Position numbers and translations under genes: made by a program
Origin: the human T2T-CHM13v2.0 reference genome, Homo sapiens
Assembly: GCF_009914755.1 (NCBI RefSeq)
Contig: NC_060941.1
Strand: one strand, 5' to 3'
Length of the DNA: 64,000 bases
In this document: positions 1 through 19,379 of the stretch, piece after piece
How the letters are laid out: each line of letters begins with the position of its first letter
Numbering within the stretch: the stretch's first letter is position 1
Notes under the pieces: model-generated
What the model was told of the DNA's origin: nothing
Database searches by the model: none
Seen by the model: the letters and a program-made list of their open reading frames with translations, nothing else

Positions 1-1619
1 CTCACGTGATATCCAAAATGTCCTGAAATGAGGCAGGTACCATCCTCAAACAAACATATACAACAATTTAAATAGTTTAGTTCATTACCAAAAAAAATCA
101 AATAATTCTACTTCTTCTACCCTGGAAACCTAAATTGTTACAACTTTTAAAGAAAGCTTATAATTGGCTAATACTGAGGCTTCTCTTTATTTAGGAGTGA
201 TTCAAACCTCTGGATTTTGTAGCTTTACCAAGTGTAACTAAGCCAAATCCCTCGAATTACTAAAAGAGGGGTTATACCCCTCTAAAAATAGATTAATGCA
301 GAAAACACAAGTTGTTAAATTCACACAACATGCAAAAAGGGTGAGCCCAGATTTGCCCTTTGGTGTGCAACAAGAACAATCTATTTATAAATTACTGGCT
401 ACACCCTTTCCAAATGACAGGAACACCTAAAAAGGCCTTGATGTTCTTAGCATATTTCTTTAAGGTAAACTTAATTATGTTAGTTATACAGCAACCATCC
501 TGTATCATTCAACGATGCAAAGCTAACTCTAACCCTAACTAAAAATAGGATACTGATTTTTTCTTTCCACCTTAGAAATTGTAAAGTATGTGAAAGATTC
601 AGAAATTGTGTGATAACATCTACATCACTGTTCTTTAGCCCCAAGGCAGTTTAACATATGGTAGATTAAGAGGACTCCCATTTACTGGAAGGACCCAAGA
701 GCAGATGGGAGCAAGATGATCTACAGCAGTTTCAGCCTCTCTATTATTGCGAGACCCAACAGCTCTTGGAAACAGAGACTGACAACATCTTTAGTTATTT
801 GGCTTTGGGCAGTGTTTATCAGTGTTAAGTCTAGAGACACTTTCCAATTTCAGGAGTAAATATAGGTGAGCACAAAGGCAAATAGTAGTAGTTTAGAAAA
901 AAAAAGAAATCCATTCTAGACTTATCAAAAAGAAATCTTGACTTGAGCACATCACTACCTTACCATTCCTGTTCATCTTCATTGTGCAGATTTACTTCTC
1001 AGTTAACTTGGCTAAGCATGATTCCAAGAAAGCCAAAGTTGAGAGCTCTTTTTTTATACCCCTCAGTTATAGGTTAATTACTGCTCTGCTGATTTTAAAC
1101 AATCACAAGGGTGGATAAAGCCACAGAAAGTTACCACCAATAATAAAAACACAAATGCATCTTTATACTTTGACAGGGGATCATTAACTGTTCTTTCACA
1201 TTTGAAGGCCATAACACCCAGAAGATTCACTAGATGTAAACCAATTTGATCACTTTCTTAAAAATACTAAATTTTAAGGCTATATTCTCTAAGGATCAAA
1301 AATAACCACAAAAAGTCAGTATTAATTTAAAATCAAAGAGGCATCTCGTACCTCTCTTAAATATTAATATTAGTCTCTTTATCCACCAAAAAGAGAAAAA
1401 AAAAGCCCTTAAACCATAAATGAATGCCTGGTTTCAATTACTCAATTATCAATTATTCAGTTATGCTTGCCCATTTCTGTAGAAGACAAGATCTAGATTT
1501 TAAGAGCATCACAGATGATAATTATATTTATTCAATGCAAACATGGAAATTTAAAAATGTGAGTGGTAAAAAAAATTCATAAAATAAAAAATACTTGGAA
1601 TAAAACTTCTTGGTTCTAA

Positions 1620-5790
<4,171 letters not shown>

Positions 5791-5945
5791 AGAGAGGTAT
5801 TTAAGAGCAGGGACTCTGGAGTCTGACTGCCTGTGTATGCATCCTGGCTGGATAATCTCAGACAAGTTAACCTCTCTGTGCCTCTCTTCTGTAATTGAGG
5901 ATAATATCTAACTCATAAAGTTGTTAAGAAGAGAGAATGAAATAA

Positions 5946-6343
<398 letters not shown>

Positions 6344-6459
6344 TAGGGAAAGATATGCCTACACACTGCTGGTTAAGAGCAAATTGGTGGCCAGGTGCGG
6401 TGCCTCACGTCTGTACTCCCAGCACTTTGGGAGGCCGAGGCAGGTGGATCACGAGGTCA

Positions 6460-6753
<294 letters not shown>

Positions 6754-7029
6754 TTAGGTCCAGCAATTCCACCGCTAGAAATTTATCTAAAGAAATGTTT
6801 ACATATGTATACAAAGATGTGTGTATCAGGATTGTGAGTGCAGCACTACAGGAGCTCTGGATTCAGAGACAAGAAATGCTTGTTCTAGTTTCAGTTCTAC
6901 CATCAAGCCATGTAGCCTTGTGCAAATCACTTCAGCATTTTGATTCTCTAGTTTGTTATGCTATAAAATGTGGACGATGACTTGCCCAATCTGCCTCAGA
7001 GGAATACTTTAATTAAGGTAGGGTCCTTA

Positions 7030-7188
7030 GGCCATCATCATCAGCATCATCTAGGAACTTGTTAGAAATGCAAATTCTCCAGCCACATCCTAGACTTACA
7101 GAATCAGAAACTCTGGGGACTGTGGGTAGCAATTTGTGTTTTACCAAGCCCTCCAGGTGATTCTGATGCAAGCTTAAGTTTGGAGATA
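7030..7188. mobile_element. MER5A (hAT-Charlie) fragment
   Basis: catcagcatcatctaggaacttgttagaaatgcaaattctc...ccctccaggtgattctgatgca. Confidence 0.8.
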
Positions 7189-7482
7189 AGTTCATGTGAA
7201 ACCCCTTGTACAACTACAAAGTGGAACTGAAAGAGCATTAGTACTATTACTAATACAAAAAATAAGACTTTCTACCTTTTGATTTCATGAAAAGGTACAT
7301 TTTGGATGAACATCCAATATGCTCCTCTACTGCTGACGCTGAGCCTTAGAAAGCACTCATGTGCTTCTAGGAAGTCAAGTTCATATATGAACCAAGTAAA
7401 TAAATAAAAATATTTTAGGTCAAGTATATAAAAAGCTTAAGATAACCTCAACAGCAAATCAAGCAATGTTTCAGTGCCTTAG

Positions 7483-7713
<231 letters not shown>

Positions 7714-8529
7714 TAAAGACAGGGTCTCCCTGTGTTGCTCAGGCTGGTCTTAAACTCCTGGGCTCAAGGGATCCACCTGCTTCGGCCTCCCAAAGAATTG
7801 AGATTATAGGCGTGAGCCACTGCACCCAGCCGGGAATATTTTAAATGGTAGTCTTTGCCAGAATTTTATCTAACAATTTTTATTCTTCCCTGAGCTTCTT
7901 AGGACACAAAAATGGCCACTTGTTTAGTATATAATGATAACACTAACACCTTGGCTCCTTGCTTAGTGACTACTTCCCAGGGACTGGATAATAGCTCTCT
8001 AAAAAATAATACAGGCTTCCATATTTTTCAGAAGTTCAGCTTTTTGTTTTACTAAAATGCACGTACAGACTCTTAAAGGGTATGAACTTTTTATGATCAT
8101 TCTCATCAGTCTAATCCAAGACTCCTGAAGTTTGACCAAATGATTCTCTGAGTTGCTCATATATATTTTTTTCTAGTAGAATTAACACTTAACAGTATAA
8201 TAGTAACTACAGTTTATTTCTGGAATGATTTTGATCATTTATTAATGTTCTTCATTGACAGGTAAAAAATAATACCATATTTGGTGAGTTTTATATAGCG
8301 GCAAGGGTAGACCTTAATCTAATAATGATAACATAATTACCAATAAAATACAGTAATACCCCAGCTATTCCATAATTTCACCTATTATATATAACACAGT
8401 TGAAAGTAATAAGAGCCTATGAAATTACCAAAATAGATGCCCAAAACCCACACTCCGAAAGTCATAAAGTTTCCTTCCTAGGAGAGTCCATAGGATCTCA
8501 CTTTGGTCTATTCACTTTTTTTAATTTTC

Positions 8530-8832
8530 TTTTCTTTTTCTTTTTTTTTTTTGAGATGGAGTCTCGCTCTTTCGCCCAGGCTGGAGTGCAGTGGCACGAT
8601 TTCGGCTAACTGCAAGCTCCGCCTCCTGGGTTCACGCCATTCTCCTGCCTCAGCCTGCTGAGTGGCTGGGACTACAGGCACCCGCCACCGCACCCGGCTA
8701 ATTTTTTGTGTTTTTAGTAGAGACGGGGTTTCATCGTGTTAGCCAGGACGGTCTCGATCTCCTGAGCTTGTGATCCACCCGCCTCGGCCTCCCAAAGTGC
8801 TGGGATTACAGGGGTGAGCCACCGCGCCAGCT
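8530..8832 (-). mobile_element. AluY
   Basis: Y-type diagnostics on plus strand: gcaagctccgcc, ttcacgccattctc, gtgttagccagga. Confidence 0.85.
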
Positions 8833-8977
8833 AAATTTTATTTTCAAAGAGATAGAGGCTGGGCGCGGTGGCTCATGCCTGTAATCCCAGCACTTTGGGA
8901 GGCCGAGGCAGGCGGATCACCTGAGGTCAGGCGTTGGAGACCAGCCTGACCAACATGGGGAAACCCCGTCTCTACTA

Positions 8978-9208
<231 letters not shown>

Positions 9209-9278
9209 TCATAGCTCACTGTAACCTCGGATTCCTAGGCTCAAGCAATCCTCCTGCCTCAGTCTCTTGAGTAGTTAG

Positions 9279-9671
<393 letters not shown>

Positions 9672-10477
9672 TGACACCATGGCTGGCTACTTTTTTTGTA
9701 TTTTTAGTAGAGATGGGGTTTCACCATGCTGGCCAGGCTGGTCTCGAACTCCTGACCTCGTGATCCATCTGCCTCAGCCTCTCAAAGTGCTGGGATTACA
9801 GGCGTGAGCCACCCTGCCTGGCTTGTTTCGTGGTTTCTAAACCCACAGCAAACCTGAGGGCAGCAAATGAGAAAGGGCAAAAAGCTCTTTTGAGAGGGTT
9901 CTCAGCAGTGACGAGAGAACCACTGGGCTAAGTGTACTCATGTATCAAGGTACTCCCTCCCCCAAATACAAAATCTTTTGAGTCAGTCTTCACTTAGGAC
10001 CCTAAATCTGAATTGTTTAGCTGCTCCCACTAGTTATTGCTATGTACCACAGGGAAATACTCACAGCACTTGAGGTTTACAGAATCAGGTCTTAGAAATA
10101 ACACTTCCCTTTAGGAAAGAGCTTCTTAATCTTTTTTGAGATCACAGATCACTTTGAGAATCTGATTTTAAAATATATTTATTTACTCAACATTTTCATA
10201 TAATCTCAAGGAGTTTGACTTTCTGAAGCCAATCCATAGACCTCTAGGTGACCATGGACCTCAAATTAAGAACTTCTTTATTAGGTGCTAACAGTGGATA
10301 TATTTAAGTTCATAAAGTTTAGTAGTTTACTCAGAATGATTCCTAATAATTTTTTTAATGATGATAAGCTGTGCAGCACTATAAATGCTAAATAAACATG
10401 ACCTCTAAAGTAATACTAATAAATACAGTTTAGAAGAAGTGAATATTATAGCAAGTCTCTTTAAAGAAAAAAGAAGT

Positions 10478-10950
10478 GGCTGGGCACGGTAGCGCACTCC
10501 TGCAATCCCAGCACTTTGGGAGGCCAAGGCAGGAGGATCACTTGAGCCTGGGAGTATGAGATCAGCCTGGGCAACAAAGTGAGATGCTGTCTCTACAAAA
10601 AAAAAAAAAAAGAGAGAGAGAGAGAATTGCTTGAACCCAGTGGCAGGGGTGGGGGGTGGGGTGGGGGGCCGGGGTTGGGGGCGCCAGAGGTTGCAGTGAG
10701 CCGAGATCATGCCACTTCACTCCAGCCTGGGTGAAAGAGTGAGACTTGGTCTCAAAAAAAAAAAATTAGCCAGGTGTGGTGGCATGTGCCTGTGGTCTCA
10801 GCTACACAGAAGTTGAAGCAAGAGGGCTGCTTGAGCCCAGGAGATCGAGACTGCAAGTGAGATGTCTTCAAGCCATTTCACTCCAGCCTGAGTGACAGAG
10901 CAAGGGCCTGTCTCAAAACAAAACAAAACAAAACAAGAAACAAAGAAAAA
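10478..10950 (+). mobile_element. AluJ-like element with an extra Alu right arm nested in its middle A-rich linker
   Basis: Left arm, A-tract, partial right arm (10622-10765) containing a G-run expansion, A-tract, then a second right arm. Confidence 0.7.
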
Positions 10951-11789
10951 AGAAGTGGGAAAATAGAGACAAAAATAAAAGACAAATATTCCAAAAATTC
11001 TTTAAAAGTTTGTCTTAGTAGCAAAACTCAGTATAGCAAATATATTTTTCAGGAAGTTGAAGATTTCAGCAGTCAAAGATAATTCCTCAGACTGCCAAGT
11101 CTCAAAAGTGACCTTGCAACTACTAAGGCAAAATATCATTTTTATAGCGGTTAAGGGCAGTGGCCTAGGAAATAGATCTGGATTCTAAGGACAGTTTTGT
11201 CACTTACTACCCATGCGGCCTTGAGCAACTACTTACCTTCTCTAAGCCTCAGTTTCATTATCTGTAAACAGAAAAATTAGTTCATAAGGTTGCTATGATT
11301 AAATGAGATAGATGTACATTAAACTCAGCACTGTGAAAATGGTCAATAAACAGCAGCTATTAGTTATTAATTTCAATTAACTTTTTGTGCAGAGATTTAC
11401 AGTTCACAAAGTGTTATCAAATATATGATTTCTTAGGATCTTATGGGGTAAAAACCACTGTATCCCCATTTGACAGTGGAAGAAACTGATGTCAAATTAT
11501 TTACCCAAAGACATTAATTAGTAGGAAAAAAAATTTGGACTTGATTGACCAGAAAACATGATTTACAACTCCTTTCCCCCCAAAAAGCTTATAATCCCTG
11601 TCTTTTAAAAATTATTTTATTATTATTATTTAAAGAGGCAGGGTCTTGCTCTGCCACCCAGGCTGGCATGCAATGGCACACTCATGGCTCACTGCAGCCT
11701 TGAACTCCCGGGCTAAAGTAATCCTCCTACCTCAGCCTCCTGAGTAGCTGGGACTACAGGTGTGTAACACCACACTCTGCTAATTTTAA

Positions 11790-11915
<126 letters not shown>

Positions 11916-12229
11916 TAATTCTTTTTTATTTTTTTGAGACAGGGTCTTGCTCTGTCACCCAGGCTGGAGTGTGGTGGCATGATCACAGCTTACTGTAGCC
12001 TCAAGCTATCTTTCCACCTCAGCCTCCTTAGTAGCTGAGACTATAGGCATGCGCCACCGCACCTGGCTAATTTTTTCTATTTTTCTTAAGATGGAGTCTC
12101 ACTATGTTGCCCAGGTTGGTCTCCAATTCCTGGGCTCAAGCAATCCTCCCACCTCAGCCTCCCAAAGTGCTGGGACTATAGGTGTGAGCAACCACACCAG
12201 GCCCTTTTAAATTCTTTTTATTGTGCTTA

Positions 12230-12278
12230 TTAGGTTGGTGTAAAAGTAACTGCAGTTTTTGCTATTACTTTTACTGGC
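12230..12278. mobile_element. MADE1 (Hsmar1-derived MITE), one arm
   Basis: ttaggttggtgtaaaagtaactgcagtttttgctattacttttactggc matches the recalled MADE1 terminal inverted repeat. Confidence 0.8.
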
Positions 12279-12280
12279 CA

Positions 12281-12712
12281 TGAATATACATAGCATAAAA
12301 TTTACCATTTTAACCATTTTAAGTGTACAGTTCTAGGGTATTAAATATTTTCACACTGTTGTGCAACTACCACCATCCATCCCCAGAATTTTTTCATCTT
12401 CCTCAAATGAAACTTTGTTCTCTTCAAATACAAATTTCCTACCCCTTCTCCTTCAACCCCTAGCAACTACCATTCTACTTTACTTCTCTCTGAATTTGAC
12501 TTCTATAGATAGGTACCTCATATAAATGAAATCATATAGTATTTATACTTTTGTGACTGGCTTATTTCACTTAGAATAGTATCTTCAAGGTCATTCATAC
12601 TGTAGCATTATGTCAGACTCCTTCCTTAAGGCTAAATAATATTCTACTATATGTACATACCACATTTTGTTAATCCATTCATCCATCCATGGACACTTGG
12701 GTTGCTTCCACT
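12281..12712 (-). mobile_element. L1MB-type 3' end fragment
   Basis: aaatttaccattttaaccattttaagtgtacagttc...ggacacttgggttgcttcca. Confidence 0.8.
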
Positions 12713-14017
12713 GCCATTTTTAAAGTACTGTTAACACTATTATTTTCATACTGGTTATCAGTGTCAGATTATTTACCCATTAACTTCTTCACTCTATGAC
12801 CGTTCCCGTTTTTAGACGGAAAATGCAAGTCAGTTTATTTAATTGTGGAGCTTTTACAGTACAGGGCAGTAAAACAACTTTTGTGACTTTTTTTCTATTT
12901 TTTTAGAAGCTCCACCATGAATCAACACACGGGAGAAAAAAAGAAACTCAAACGAGTTTAATTCGATTTGGTAGGATAGGAGGGCAAACCATCTCTGAAA
13001 ATAATAAATTAGTTGTGAGATTATCTAGAAATCACCTTACATGCTATTCTCTAGACCTTTAATAAGGGATAATGTAAAGTTTCTGTTGTTGGACATTAAA
13101 AAGTTGACCTGGGAGGGAGACAGTAGCTTTGCTTAAGTGCAAAGAGTCTAGGAAAATCCCAGCAGGTGACTCCTCTGAAGCCACTTGGAATGAGTGTCAA
13201 CACACTAACACAGACCCAACTGCTGCTATCTAAGTAACCTTAAACCACTGCATTGATTTAAGGATGGAACCTGAATAGGAAAAGTTCCTCTACTTGATAA
13301 CTGTGAAGTGATATTAACCACAAGCTTCAGCACACACACTTCTCAGAAACAGCTAAACCACAGTGGAATGACAACTCTCTAGAGACTTCAAAAACAGCGA
13401 CGATTTAAAGATGCATTTGCGCTTTGGTGAATGAAGGTGTGCGTGCAGGCTTGGGCTGTGAGCACGTACCAGTAGTACAGGAGGAGATAAAATAGAAACT
13501 ACCGAAATCTAGCCTTCTGGAATCACTCCAGACTACAACCAGCAGGAGCGAAGAATGGTCCTTCTTTTTGTAAATGGTTAGCAATAGAAACTTTAAAAAA
13601 AAAAAACCCATAATCACGGAAAGCTGCTCACCAGCAGGACCCACAGGGACTCCCGCTTCCGATTCTGTCGACTACCCTTCACCCAAGTCTTCCAAGTGCC
13701 AAACAGCTCAGCTGTCACTCGGTCACCACAACTTCTGAGGGACAACCCGCACTTTCAAAGTCCCTCAAAGTTAAACGGAAATTCTCCCAAAGGATTCTTC
13801 CGTCCACCCCCACCCCGGGACACTTTCCGCCTCCATGAATCCCCCCACCGTTCTACCCCAGCATCCTTCCCTCCAGACGCACGGAGACCTCCAGGCAAGC
13901 AGGATGCGCGCTCGCCCTCGCTTGATTGTTTGCTCCCCAGGATGCTGGGGAAAGCGGCTGCTGAAAGAGCAAACTTTCTGAGCGTTCGCGGAGGCGGAGG
14001 GCGCGCGGCGGACTCAC

Positions 14018-14145
14018 AGCTGGTTGATGGCGTTCTGCGAGATGACCGCGTTGGCGGAGAAGTAAGGAATCATGTCGGGGCCACCGAGGCTGCAGGTGCA
14101 AGCGAGGGGCGCCTTCCTCTTGCGGGCCAACGTGCTCAGGGTCAT
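14018..14145 (-). CDS. SSH2: SSH2 alternative first coding exon (N-terminus MTLSTLARKRKAPLACTCSLGGPDMIPYFSANAVISQNAINQ-L)
   Basis: Minus-strand ATG at 14145-14143, open for 42 codons plus 2 nt, then a consensus donor CT|GTGAGT (plus-strand actcac, 14012-14017). It lies in a CpG island and ends in phase 2, like the 44-nt exon. Peptide recognised from memory as the alternative SSH2 N-terminus preceding ISESFLTVKGAALFL. Confidence 0.9.
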
Positions 14146-14154
14146 GGGGCCGGC

Positions 14155-14175
14155 TCAAAGTGCACAACTCCGCAT
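14155..14175 (-). other. Upstream ORF (MRSCAL*) in the 5' UTR of the alternative first exon
   Basis: aggATG CGG AGT TGT GCA CTT TGA, then 9 nt (GCCGGCCCC), then the main ATG. Whether it is translated is untested. Confidence 0.55.
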
Positions 14176-14678
14176 CCTGGCCTCTGCTCTGCTCCGGCAC
14201 GAGGCGCAGGCTGCGCGTGCACCCGGCGGCGGAGGCGGGCCCGCCGGGTCGCGCGGAGGCAGCCGCCGAAGCCCCAGGGCTCGGCGGTAGAGTCCGGACT
14301 GACGGGCGCCGCCAGCAGTTCGCCCCCACCCGCGTCCGGGGCGGGACGGGCGGGTCCTGAGAGCGGAGAGGGTAGGCCCGGCCGGCGCCCCGCCCCAGAT
14401 CTCGGGACGCCCGCGCGGATCCCGCAGCGCGCGTCACAGCCTTTAGGGCATCCGGCGGCCCCAAGACACTGCTGCCTCGGTAAGGGAGTGAAGCTACTCA
14501 AGGGTGGACGAGAAAGGCTTGCATTTCTCTAAAGGAGGATGTTTCAACAGAAAAGTCCTGCCTCTTAAAGATTGGCTCTATACATTGTACCTCAAACCCG
14601 TTTTTGAAAGATCTTAAAAAATGTAAAGGCCATAAATTCACAAGTGCAACAAATATTTATCAAAGACTTCCTATGTGA

Positions 14679-15065
<387 letters not shown>

Positions 15066-15189
15066 TAAACAGTTGAAGTAATGGTCAAACAAACAAAAAA
15101 CAATTTAGATTGTCGATAACATCTACTAATGTTTGTAAGTAAATCTATAGAGGGCTTTCTTAGCCATCCCCCAATTCAAAGATTCACAG

Positions 15190-15340
15190 CCTTAGCTGCA
15201 CATAGGAATTACTTGTGGTGGGTTTAAAAATCTCAATGCCCAGGCTGCACCTTAATAAAATTGGAATCTCTTGAAGGTGGGATTTAGACGTATTTTTCAA
15301 AGCTCCCCAGGTGATTCCAAAGTGCAGCCATGGTTGAGAC
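15190..15340. mobile_element. MER5-family fragment
   Basis: aatgcccaggctgcacc...aagctccccaggtgattccaaagtgcagcca. Confidence 0.7.
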
Positions 15341-16122
15341 GGCAGAGTAGAGATCATATCTTCACTTTACAGATACAGTAACATTTAAGGTCTAAGCAGA
15401 TGACCTCGTTTATAAATAATGTCATTCAGGAACCCAGGTTTTATGACATTTGATCTAGGGCTTTTACCTTCAAATTGTATTCCCTGACGCCTTTACAGTT
15501 TTAAGCCCTTACCATGTTCCTTCCAATTCACTGAGCAGTGCCTTTCACCTGACCAGGGACCAGCTCTTTGTAAAATATGACTGCGCTCTCTCTCTCCTGC
15601 ATGCTGTGCTCACAAATGGGGCTGGCATGGTGCAGGCATTCAATAGAAGTTAGCTTCCTTTTATTTTACCTTTCCAGTCTCATTATGCTACAGCAAATAT
15701 TTTCAGGTATCAGCATTTTCAGCATTTTTGAATACTAGACTAAAATATATATCACTGAAGCTGCCTTAGAATTCTGGAGTCAGAAATTAATAATAATTTC
15801 TAAAAACTTCACTAACCAATTAGATTAAAATTAGGAAGAAGTGACTTTAAGACTCAACATGCTATAATCAAGAAAAGAATAAGCCTTTGTTTTATATAAA
15901 TATTTATGCTCTTTTCCCATTGGAAAGTTTGGCAATTTTCAAGATACTAGTAATGAAATAATCAATCCAAATTATAAGGTCTATGCCTAAAACCAGAATT
16001 ACTCGTTAGTTGATTCTTCTATAAAACTTAAGCCTGTTGCCAAAGCACCTTGAGGGACTTGAAATACTGAAAACTCATGCTGTAAAGAGTTATCTAAGTT
16101 TCTGAGATATCTGGTAATAGGA

Positions 16123-16139
16123 AAGCACCAGGTGGCAAG
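16123..16139 (+). promoter_or_regulatory. Candidate CTCF motif
   Basis: gcaccaggtggca versus core CCASYAGRKGGCR (one mismatch). Confidence 0.4.
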
Positions 16140-16803
16140 TGAAGAGTTAACGGAAGGTCTGGATCTTGGAGTTCATCATCTTCATCCATCTCTAGGAAGG
16201 AAAATGTTTGAAAGATTTATTCAGGCTGTGTCAGCAGCCACCCAAATGGTAGTGTAAAAAAAAATCTGCTGATACACCCCAAAATAAATTGCTTAAAATA
16301 TCTGGCAAACTTGCCAGTTTGAAACTTCTTCCAGACTGTAATTTATTACAGCCTCCTGCTGTGATTAAAAAAAAAAAAAAAAGCAGGCGCGTTAGAACAG
16401 CACTATTAAGGTGAGTCCAGTTCCTTTCATGACACAGCAGAGAGAGGATTTTATTGAAGTCAACACTAAATGATGCCATTTAGGACAGATGATGGCATGG
16501 TAATCATCTGTATCTGTCTGAAAAAGCAGGAAATGTATATTATTCAATTCATACTTAATATCTCTTGCATTTAAAAATGCCAGAGATAAAGATTGCATAA
16601 ATATGTATCTTGTCTTTTATAAATAGGTTCCTATAGCGACGCCCCAGAAGTGCATAGTCCTTTCCTTTCTCCTCAGAAGACCTCTGTCAGTGTCTGTTCA
16701 GCTAAGGAGGCTATGTTAACGTCCCTATCCAGGCTTTTTCAAAAGCTTCTCAAAGTTAAATTCTCACTTTGAACTGTAATATAGGAAATTAAGAAAGTGC
16801 TAG

Positions 16804-16947
<144 letters not shown>

Positions 16948-18591
16948 TAGCTGGGATTACAGGTGTGTGCCACCATGCCTGGCTAATTTTTTGTATTTTT
17001 AGTAGAAACAGGGGTTCACCATGTTGGCCAGGCTGGTCTCGAACTCCTGACCTCAGGCAATCTGCCCGCCTTGGCCTCCCAAAGTGCTGAGATTACAGGT
17101 GTGAGCCACTGCACCCGGCCTGTCTCTTGCTTTTTTAAGAAAAAAATTAAATCATCTTTGCAAACTGGGATACCTTTAAGAAAATAGTTCTTTGTGCTAC
17201 TGTATGTTTTTAAAAGTTGAGCAAATTCCTTTTCTTTGCACAGTGTGCAGAGTGTCAAAATGCCAATCAATTTAGTTTCAGCTCAATTTAATTCTTTACT
17301 CTCCACTGTCGGGAAACAAGCCTCTAGGGAGCAAGCTCTCTGTACCCATGCATCTAGGAATTCAAAAATGATTTCAAATTAGATTGAGCAGCATGAAATA
17401 AACTAAGTTAGTTTTCTACTCTACATGAAGTCAGAAGGGGCTTTCTGTAAAAAACAAATTTTGCACAAAGGCCCTGAAGAAAAATTGCTGCCTTTCTTTA
17501 CATTCTTGCTTGAGTTGGAACATTTGAAATTAGCTTTATCATGTCATTTGCTGACCATTTCAAGATTCAAAATGTGAATATTCTAAAATGTTGGCTCTTG
17601 ACAACATTAGCTATGACCAAATTAAGTTTTTGTAGGATGACACATTAATAGTATTAAAAATGCTTAAGTAGAAAATGCTTAAGGGACTTCCATTACTGTG
17701 TATCCATGTATCCCTTATGGTATAATCACTGTAAAACAGTGAAAACTGGAGACTTACATGCTGACCTAACTGTATTCCAGGACAGACCTGAAGGTGTGCT
17801 GAAACGCGAATGAAGGATGTAGTAAATATGTTTTTGCTGCTGTGACAAAATTTCAACATGAGTAGATCACTTGAACTGATGCCAAAAGCAATGTGCTATA
17901 AGCCAGGGGACCTAGTCTGTAGTTCTAACATGGTCACTTAATAAACTAAGACTGGCCAAGTCCCTTCATCTATAAAATGGGGTAGCAAAACCCTAATGAA
18001 ATGTCCCTAGATCTGTTCTTATGAGAGTTGGGGAATTTTGAGAAAGGAATCTCATCCTTCTGGAGAATCCTGAGAAAATGTATCTAATCCAGTTAAGATA
18101 AACAGTCACCTAGTGCAAAGCAGTAGAGCCCAGTAGTTAAAAACTCTGGCCTTGGAATTAATAGGCCAGGTTTGGATCGTACTGCAACCATTAGCTATGA
18201 ATTTCAGTTACTTAGTCTTTGGCTCAGTACTTGGCACTTAATTTAGAAAGTTATCGTGAGGATTAATTAATTTACATAAAGTACTTAAAAGAGTACCTGG
18301 CACAAAAATTTACTCTTTCACTTTAATGTCTGGCAACTTGAAGGTAAGACTCACCGTGCACCTTAGTTTATTCACTGAGAAAATGAAAATGTTTAGATTA
18401 GAGATTATCCTCTATGCTCTTTTCCACAAATCTGAAAAATAGCTAAAGTGGACAACATTAGAAAGTGGCAATGATGCTGATATCAGAAGTTCCAGATTCT
18501 AGCTGCTTTGTCTATGGGCAAACCTTAATCTATCCTAGCCCTACTTTCTTTAATCTTAAACTGAGGTAATGTTTACCTCACGGGCTGATTA

Positions 18592-18993
<402 letters not shown>

Positions 18994-19100
18994 TCAGCTT
19001 TCAATAATAGAAAGCTAATTGTATTTGTTTTCTTTCATTACCCTGAAGTTGACAAATGAATGAATGAACATTAAAATACCTGTCTGGGCACAGTGGCTCA

Positions 19101-19379
<279 letters not shown>

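Larger units (their letters stand above)
13690..14490. promoter_or_regulatory. SSH2: CpG island / internal promoter of SSH2
   Basis: Abrupt GC- and CpG-rich stretch in an AT-rich, CpG-depleted background. It has GC boxes (ggggcggg at ~14338, ccccgcccc at ~14388) and contains a first-exon donor. Confidence 0.9.

Noticed and set aside
13696-14532. 278-aa plus-strand ORF and overlapping 203/119-aa minus-strand ORFs
   Set aside because: Non-ATG starts and Pro/Arg/Gly/Ala-rich low complexity, as expected from stop-codon scarcity in a CpG island. The supported coding frame is the short spliced exon.
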